DNA from: an uncultured virus (IMG/VR IMGVR_UViG_3300037440_000397)
Lineage: Duplodnaviria > Heunggongvirae > Uroviricota > Caudoviricetes
Length of the DNA stretch: 20,000 nucleotides
Strand: one strand, 5' to 3'
Virus record (IMG/VR): IMGVR_UViG_3300037440_000397
Coordinates: 58,574-78,573 of that record
Part shown: one piece after another, positions 15,003 through 20,000 of the stretch
How the letters are laid out: every line of letters begins with the position of its first letter
How positions within the stretch are numbered: the first letter of the stretch is position 1
Notes under the pieces: model-generated
Seen by the model: only the letters and a program-made list of their open reading frames with translations
Databases searched by the model: none
What the model was told of the DNA's origin: nothing
Position numbers and translations under genes: made by a program

Positions 15003-15042
15003 TTGCATGGGGACCATACGCCGATGTATGGTCCCCATGCAA
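15003..15042. promoter_or_regulatory. perfect 17-bp inverted repeat: operator and symmetric divergent promoters
   Basis: TTGCATGGGGACCATAC-gccgat-GTATGGTCCCCATGCAA reads TTGCAT-N18-TATGGT on both strands. Confidence 0.75.
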
Positions 15043-15087
15043 GTAGGTCGGAGCGCGCCGCTTCCTGCCAGCAAGAGAGGAGCGGGC

Positions 15088-15399
15088 GTGGACGACGAGA
15101 TCGAGGAGGTGCGGCGGGTGACGGAGGCTCTCGGGGCGATCGACCACATTGCCGACTTGGAGCAGCGAGTGCGAGCGAGGAACCGCGTGCTGGCAGCCCA
15201 GGCCGAGGTCATGGAGGACTGGCACAAGGAGCGCCGAGACCTCGTTAAGGCCATGCGGGATCAGGACCCGCCCGTCCCGATCCGGAAGATCGCTCAGCGT
15301 CTGGAGATGTCGCCCGGCGTGGTGCAGGACATCATCCGAGGCCACACCGGCTCGTGGAAGAACCGCGAGAAGAAAGACAAGGCCAAGCCGGCCGAATAG
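15088..15399 (+). CDS. HTH transcriptional regulator (probable Kor/TraR-like repressor of the tra operon)
   Basis: GAGAGGAG RBS, GTG start, PIRKIAQRLEMSPGVVQDII HTH; divergent from the tra genes. Confidence 0.8.
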   Translation: MDDEIEEVRRVTEALGAIDHIADLEQRVRARNRVLAAQAEVMEDWHKERRDLVKAMRDQDPPVPIRKIAQRLEMSPGVVQDIIRGHTGSWKNREKKDKAKPAE

Positions 15400-15412
15400 G
15401 AGCGGCCGAGCG

Positions 15413-16156
15413 GTGAGTAAGCACCGCCCGGCCGAGAGCACCAATTGGAGTCAGCGCACTGTGACTGTATCGAACAAGACGGATAGGGCAACCCGGCGAG
15501 CGGCCGTGTACCGCCTGTACGCCCCCGACGGGACACTGCTGTACATAGGCTCGTCGTACAACCCGGATAAGCGCTGCGAGGTACACCGTCGCGCGCCGTG
15601 GTGGCGTGAGGTTGGGCGCCGCACCGAGGAGTGGTTCCCGAACAGATCTCAGGCGTATACGGCCGAGACGAAAGCGATCTGGCGCGAGAAGCCGAGGCAC
15701 AACGTCGCCTGTACGGCTGAGGGCAACGCGCGTCGGGCGGTCAGGGCGCAGGCGCAGGCTCCGCTGTATCGGCGTCGGGCGAGGGCTGCGAGCTTGGCGG
15801 ATAAGGCGCGGGCGGCGGCAAGGCCGAGCTTCCTCTCCCTCTGGGATCCCAGGGAGCCCGTCCAGCCGGTGCTGGACATGCTGGATGCGCTGGACAAGGC
15901 GTACGCCAGGGCCCAGGCCGATCCGTCGTGGGTTCCCGCGCGGTACGTGTCGCGAGCGGAGGTGGCAGTTCCCGAGATGGTGGCCAGGCTGCAAGGACTG
16001 GGCTGGTTTGGGAGGTCGGGAATGTATGCGCGGGTCCAGAGCAAGCTCGCGAAGGAGCTGAGATCCGAGGGAGCGGACTACGAGGAGGTCGTCGTGGTGA
16101 TGGCTGTCGCCACGGCTCGGGTCAACGAGCTGGTCGACATGCTCGCCGAGGATTGA
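15413..16156 (+). CDS. GIY-YIG nuclease family protein with a helical C-terminal extension
   Basis: AVYRLYAPDGTLLYIGSSYNPDKRCEVH...PWW...AETKAIWREKPRHN; AGGAG RBS. Start could be slightly downstream. Confidence 0.85.
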   Translation: MSKHRPAESTNWSQRTVTVSNKTDRATRRAAVYRLYAPDGTLLYIGSSYNPDKRCEVHRRAPWWREVGRRTEEWFPNRSQAYTAETKAIWREKPRHNVACTAEGNARRAVRAQAQAPLYRRRARAASLADKARAAARPSFLSLWDPREPVQPVLDMLDALDKAYARAQADPSWVPARYVSRAEVAVPEMVARLQGLGWFGRSGMYARVQSKLAKELRSEGADYEEVVVVMAVATARVNELVDMLAED

Positions 16157-16188
16157 TCCCGAGGAGTGGCGTCCGTAGCCGTCCACGA

Positions 16189-16225
16189 CGAAGCCCCCGC
16201 CGACGAGAGATCGGTGGGGGCTTCG
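16189..16225. terminator. bidirectional terminator
   Basis: CGAAGCCCCCGCCGA-N7-TCGGTGGGGGCTTCG between convergent transcription units. Confidence 0.8.
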
Positions 16226-16294
16226 CGTTGCCCGGCTGTCCATCGGGCGTGTAGCAGCGCGGGGGCCCAGCCATGGAAGCCGCCCGCACCACGA

Positions 16295-16317
16295 AGCGTA
16301 TCCGCCGGGTACGACAA
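16295..16317 (-). promoter_or_regulatory. second RecA-NDp / PafBC-like promoter motif
   Basis: TTGTCGT-ACCCGGCGGA(10)-TACGCT, one mismatch to TGTCGG-N10-TA-N3-T. Confidence 0.45.
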
Positions 16318-16348
16318 CGGGCGCCCGCTCTGGGGAAGCAGGCGCCCG
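16318..16348 (-). terminator. hairpin ending the early-type operon
   Basis: Minus strand CGGGCGCCTGCT-N7-AGCGGGCGCCCG (one G-U pair) followed by TTGT. Confidence 0.5.
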
Positions 16349-16452
16349 GTCTCCGGGGGCCTCTCACCCGCGCGACGTGATCCCCCGGTACGGGGCGCCG
16401 CTCGGCGGGAGGGTCCAGTCACCTGGTCCCGGCCTTGTCCCGGCAGACGGCT

Positions 16453-16719
16453 TCAGGATGCCACGGACGGGCGCTGCTGCTCCTCGGCGATTGCGCGGGC
16501 GGCGGCGTGCAGTACGTCGGCCGGCAGGATGATGGCCTGCTCCCCGGGGCCGATGCCCGCGCCGTGCTGGGCGAGTTCGCGGGCCGAGATGTTCGGTACG
16601 CCGGGCGCCTTGCCGATGATGAGGTAGTCGCCGTTGTCGAGGGCGAGGACGGCCGGGCAACTGCTCTGTCCGGTGCAGCGGTCGGCGGGGCTGATGCCGT
16701 AACGGCGGACGATCTTCAA
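16453..16719 (-). CDS. small hypothetical protein (88 aa; C-x5-CP...LDNGDYLIIG)
   Basis: GAGGAG RBS, TTG start overlapping the upstream stop. Confidence 0.75.
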   Translation of the reverse strand: MKIVRRYGISPADRCTGQSSCPAVLALDNGDYLIIGKAPGVPNISARELAQHGAGIGPGEQAIILPADVLHAAARAIAEEQQRPSVAS

Positions 16720-18413
16720 GGTTGCTCCTCGTGGTGGGTGTCGCGCATGTGGTCGGCCATCAGCGCGCGGGGTACGAGGCGGCAGTCTTCGCAGCGGGGG
16801 CACGGGTCGCGGACTTCGACGGCGGCGGCTGGGCTGGGCTTGTCGGTGGCCGGGTTGAGGATCGCGGTGTGGAGTTCGGCGAGCCGCATGTCCCACCAGC
16901 GGGCCAAGATCACGCCGAGCGGCGGCGGTCCGGCTTTGACCCAGCGTTCGTACAGGTCGATGACGCGGGACACGTCGGCTTCGGCGCTGCGGTGGAGCGC
17001 GGCGAGGACTGCGGCGGTCTGCCGGTCCACGGTGGGCGCGGGCTGCTCACGGAGTCCGGCCCGGTCGGGCGCGGGCGTGCCCGCGTCGCCGTACAGCAGC
17101 CAGTCCACCGACACATCTGCCGCTTCGGCGATGAGCGCCATGTCGAGGCTGGTGGGGCGGTGGCCGAGATGGAGGATCCCGGGCAGTCGGCGGCTGATGT
17201 GTGGGGCGAGTTGGCGGCCTGGTGCGGGCAGTGTGAGGCTGCGGATGCGGGCGGTTCGCGCGGCCGTGGTGTCGGTCGCTTGGGTCGTGGCCGGGCCGGA
17301 CACGGGCGCGGGCTCTGGCTTGCAGCAGTCGCAGGACGGCGGGCACGGGCATTCCGCCCCGTCCTGATGCGGCGGGCATACGGGGGCCCAGAGGCCGACG
17401 ATCGGCGGGGAGTCGGACACGGGCGCGGGGTGGTCGAGGGCGCTCCTGATCATGCGGATCGTCCAGCGGGCGCCGCAGTCGAAAGTATCGGTGCGGCCGG
17501 AGTTGTTGGCGACGGGGGGCAGTTGGGTGATGCGCTCGCATTCGGCACGCACGCGGGCGAGGGCGGCCTCGGCGTGTTCGGCTCGGGTGCGCATCTCCAC
17601 CCAGTCCTTGCGGAGCCGGTCGGCCTCACGCCCCAACGAGTCCCGCTCGGCCGTGATGCGCTCAACCCGCTGGTAGTGCGGCTCCCACCGCGCGGGGACT
17701 TCGAGCCCGGCAGCCTTGGCGATCGCTGCGACGGTGTGCAACGGCACGTAGGCGTGGGCGTCGCTGATCTCCCACTGGTCAACGGCCCGCCTGTAGGTGG
17801 CGAGTTCTGACTCCAGCTTCTGGGAGCGGAGGTTGAGGCGGCGGTTCGTGGCACGCGCTGCATCCCGCTCGGCTCGGAGTTGGTCGCGTTCGTCGGTGGT
17901 CCGGGTGAGGAGACGACCCGCGGCGGCGCTCGTCGCCTGCAGGTGGGACAGGCGCCCCTCGGCAGTGGGCTCTGCGTGCTCCTCGGCCACATGCCGCTCC
18001 CGCTCCAGCAGCGCCGACGTCTGCGTGTGATGGCCCAGGCCGAGCCAGCCATCGCACGCCTCGGTCCCCCAGCAGCGGAACACCCACAGCCGGCGGCCGC
18101 GCTCGGTGTACTCCTGCACCGTCATGGCGCCGTCGGGATCGAACGGGGCGACGCTGATCTCGGCGCGGAGGGTGTGGGCGTAGGGCTTGTCGACGGGGAG
18201 GGCGTGGTCCCAGCGGTCGGCGAGGGTGTTCATGCGGGTGCGGAGGCGGTCGCGTTGTGCGGCGATGGCGGCGGCGTGCTGGCGGGCTTGATCGCGTTCG
18301 CGGTACAGCCGGTCGAGGTCGTCGCTGGTCAGCTCGTCGAGCTTCAGTCGGGCGGGCGGGCGCGGTTGGGCTTCGGCCGCGTGGCGGTCGAGCGCGTCGG
18401 GTTCGCAGTTCAT
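16716..18413 (-). CDS. large mosaic phage protein (565 aa): coiled coils, several Cys/His clusters, HTH-like segment
   Basis: AGGAG RBS and ATGA overlap at 18410-18413; continuous frame; LIAEAADVSVDWLLYG resembles an XRE HTH C-terminus. Confidence 0.75.
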   Translation of the reverse strand: MNCEPDALDRHAAEAQPRPPARLKLDELTSDDLDRLYRERDQARQHAAAIAAQRDRLRTRMNTLADRWDHALPVDKPYAHTLRAEISVAPFDPDGAMTVQEYTERGRRLWVFRCWGTEACDGWLGLGHHTQTSALLERERHVAEEHAEPTAEGRLSHLQATSAAAGRLLTRTTDERDQLRAERDAARATNRRLNLRSQKLESELATYRRAVDQWEISDAHAYVPLHTVAAIAKAAGLEVPARWEPHYQRVERITAERDSLGREADRLRKDWVEMRTRAEHAEAALARVRAECERITQLPPVANNSGRTDTFDCGARWTIRMIRSALDHPAPVSDSPPIVGLWAPVCPPHQDGAECPCPPSCDCCKPEPAPVSGPATTQATDTTAARTARIRSLTLPAPGRQLAPHISRRLPGILHLGHRPTSLDMALIAEAADVSVDWLLYGDAGTPAPDRAGLREQPAPTVDRQTAAVLAALHRSAEADVSRVIDLYERWVKAGPPPLGVILARWWDMRLAELHTAILNPATDKPSPAAAVEVRDPCPRCEDCRLVPRALMADHMRDTHHEEQP

Positions 18414-18583
18414 GCGGTGCTGCTCCTGGGGTTGTCCGAGCCGGGTTCGTCCCATGCGACGGCTCCGCACTCGCGGCTGTTGATGACGAGCGGCGCGGCG
18501 TGTGGGCCGGTGTGGCCGGCGGTGTCGGTGCAGGTGGATTCGGGATAGGTGTAGTGCGGGAGGCCGCACAGACGGTCGGTCAT
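18410..18583 (-). CDS. 57-aa Cys/His-rich peptide
   Basis: ATGA-coupled on both sides; C...C...GHTGPH. Confidence 0.65.
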   Translation of the reverse strand: MTDRLCGLPHYTYPESTCTDTAGHTGPHAAPLVINSRECGAVAWDEPGSDNPRSSTA

Positions 18584-19077
18584 GCGGACTCCAGGGTGTC
18601 GAGCAGGGCGGCGATGTCCTGCTGCGCCCGCTCCAGGCGGCGGCGCAGCGTGGCGGTCTTCTTGTCGCCCTGCGCGGGCAGCGGCTCCGCGAAAGGGCCC
18701 ACTCCCTGCAGAGCGCGGCTGATGACGTCGGCGGGGTCGGCGCCGAGGGTCTGGCAGATCGCAACCCAGTTGTGGAGCGGCAGGTGTTGGGTGCCGCGTT
18801 CGATGTTGGCGATGGAGCTGCGGGTGAGGCCGATGGTCTTGGCGACCTGTTGTTGGGTGAGGCCGCGTTGGTCGCGGAGGTCGCGGAGTTGGGCGCCGAT
18901 GGTGGGGTAGAGGGCGGGGAAGTCGCGGCGGGCGTACCAGCGGCCGGTGTCGTCCCAGGCGAGGAAGCCGTGCCGGTGGTCTTCGTCTTCGGGGTGGGGT
19001 GGGAGGGCGCATTGCACGGTGGCGTGGCCGTCGTTGATGTGGCTGGTGCAGACGTTGCGCGGGGGCTGGTCGGTCAT
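18580..19077 (-). CDS. XRE-family (Cro/CI-like) HTH transcriptional regulator with a Cys/His N-terminal extension
   Basis: IGAQLRDLRDQRGLTQQQVAKTIGLTRSSIANIERG; ATGA-coupled start with a GGGAG RBS. Confidence 0.9.
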   Translation of the reverse strand: MTDQPPRNVCTSHINDGHATVQCALPPHPEDEDHRHGFLAWDDTGRWYARRDFPALYPTIGAQLRDLRDQRGLTQQQVAKTIGLTRSSIANIERGTQHLPLHNWVAICQTLGADPADVISRALQGVGPFAEPLPAQGDKKTATLRRRLERAQQDIAALLDTLESA

Positions 19078-19187
19078 GCGGTCTCCCGTGGGATGCCGGT
19101 GTACGGGCAGAGGGTGTCGATGCTCTGGTGGCGGGCTCCGCAGTGGCAGCGCCAGGGCCGCCATCTCGGGGGGAGGAGACGGGTCAC
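19074..19187 (-). CDS. 37-aa Cys-containing peptide (WRCHCGARH...LCP)
   Basis: GGAGG RBS; GTGA/ATGA coupling on both sides. Confidence 0.55.
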   Translation of the reverse strand: MTRLLPPRWRPWRCHCGARHQSIDTLCPYTGIPRETA

Positions 19188-19396
19188 GGCTGGCCTCCGA
19201 GGATGGCGCGGGCCACGGCGACGGCTGGGGCAACGACTTCGCTGCACGCTTCGGGGCCTTGGTCGCAGCACAGGAAGCCGTCGTCGTGGTGCTTGGCCGC
19301 CTGCTCCAGCAGCTTGGCCATCGGTTCGGCTGCAGGTCCGGGAAGGGCGCGCATCTTGGCGGCTGCGGTGTGCAATTCCTGGGCGGGTGTGGTCAC
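19184..19396 (-). CDS. 70-aa hypothetical phage protein (MTTPAQELHTAAAKMR...)
   Basis: GGGAG RBS; GTGA coupling. Confidence 0.7.
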   Translation of the reverse strand: MTTPAQELHTAAAKMRALPGPAAEPMAKLLEQAAKHHDDGFLCCDQGPEACSEVVAPAVAVARAILGGQP

Positions 19397-19551
19397 AGGT
19401 AGCTCCCGGCGGGTTGGATGTCGGTGAGGGTGAAGAACTGTGCGGCGGTGATGTGTTGGCCGCGGAGGTCTGGCGGGAGGAGGGGCGTGTCTTCGTCGTC
19501 GTCCCAGTCGGGGGTGCAGTCGGCCCAGTCGGGGGCGAAGAGGTCGCTCAC
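19393..19551 (-). CDS. 52-aa acidic peptide (MSDLFAPDWADCTPDWDDDED...)
   Basis: Fills the gap exactly with GTGA overlaps at both ends; below the ORF-track cutoff. Confidence 0.6.
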   Translation of the reverse strand: MSDLFAPDWADCTPDWDDDEDTPLLPPDLRGQHITAAQFFTLTDIQPAGSYL

Positions 19552-19700
19552 GGCTGCTCACCGTCGTCCGTGTCGTCGTGGCACGCGCACGGGCAGTCGG
19601 TCTCGCCGTCCTCGCAGCAGTCGATCGTGATGCCGGAGACGTGGTGGAGGGCAGCGCGGCGGCGAGCGGCTCGGGCTGCTTCGTCGGCGGGTGCGGTCAT
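19548..19700 (-). CDS. 50-aa Cys-rich peptide (CC...CPCACH)
   Basis: GGAGG RBS; ATGA coupling. Confidence 0.65.
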   Translation of the reverse strand: MTAPADEAARAARRRAALHHVSGITIDCCEDGETDCPCACHDDTDDGEQP

Positions 19701-19915
19701 CGCCGCGCCTCCGGAGCGTTGAGCTGCTTGCGTACCCATTCGGCGTCGGACTCGGCGACGTGCGCGCCAGCGGAGCGGGCGACGATGATCTGTGTTGGCT
19801 GCCCGTCGCCGTCGCGCGCTGGTCCCACGTAGGCGTGCCAGGGCTGGCTCCCTCCGGTGGGTGGGGTGTGGGTGGGGTCGCAGTGGGGGCAGGCGTCGGG
19901 CTGGATGTCGGTCAT
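19697..19915 (-). CDS. 72-aa hypothetical protein (CPHC)
   Basis: AGGAG RBS; ATGA coupling. Confidence 0.7.
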   Translation of the reverse strand: MTDIQPDACPHCDPTHTPPTGGSQPWHAYVGPARDGDGQPTQIIVARSAGAHVAESDAEWVRKQLNAPEARR

Positions 19916-20000
19916 CGGGTGCTCCTGTGTGCGCGTGCGGTTTGGTAGAGGGCGCGGCCTGCCCAGCGGAGGGCGAGGAGGATCGCGGAGATGAACGGGG
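19912..20000 (-). CDS. 3' end of a gene entering from the right edge (hydrophobic then basic tail)
   Basis: Open frame ...PFISAILLALRWAGRALYQTARAHRSTR* whose stop overlaps the next ATG. Confidence 0.5.
   Translation of the reverse strand, partial: PFISAILLALRWAGRALYQTARAHRSTR

Larger units (their letters stand above)
10279..15399. mobile_element. Streptomyces-type conjugative transfer/spread (tra-spd-regulator) module embedded in phage-like DNA
   Basis: Gene order spdB-like, small membrane protein, traB-like, spdD-like, plus a divergent HTH regulator, resembles AICE/plasmid transfer regions; bounded by hairpins. Confidence 0.75.

Noticed and set aside
14416..15087. N-terminal extension of the 14416-15399 ORF call (likewise the extended calls starting at 1842, 2549, 4346, 12680, 15149 and 18764)
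   Set aside because: The extensions overlap other genes or the operator; downstream starts with an RBS, stop-start overlap or promoter motif are much better supported.
16122..16422. Minus-strand ORFs 16122-16367 and 16078-16422
   Set aside because: They run through a strong terminator and overlap the convergent GIY-YIG gene; no RBS and unnatural composition.

Overview
High-GC actinomycete (Streptomyces-like) temperate phage/prophage or phage-plasmid segment. Most genes are on the minus strand. Read right to left, the order is: (i) 16.45-20 kb, a translationally coupled chain of small early-type phage ORFs, many Cys/His-rich, including an XRE-HTH protein; (ii) 10.2-16.2 kb, a terminator-bounded Streptomyces-type conjugation module with a TraB-like FtsK/SpoIIIE translocase, SpdB- and SpdD-like membrane proteins, a divergent HTH regulator behind a perfect 17-bp inverted repeat, and two GIY-YIG-type genes; (iii) 5.2-10.1 kb, two divergent operons of small hypothetical genes controlled from a compact promoter/operator switch, where the plus-strand operon is an array of genes joined by a conserved ~35-nt junction; (iv) 0-5.0 kb, a DUF4352-like membrane protein, a probable terminase small subunit and a sugar-modification cluster (RmlB-like dehydratase, GT2, NAD-dependent epimerase/dehydratase, DUF616-like glycosyltransferase). 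The terS-like gene and the sugar cluster share an identically spaced leaderless promoter motif. No rRNA, tRNA, CRISPR array, integrase or replication gene was recognised. All family calls come from visual motif recognition, not database searches.
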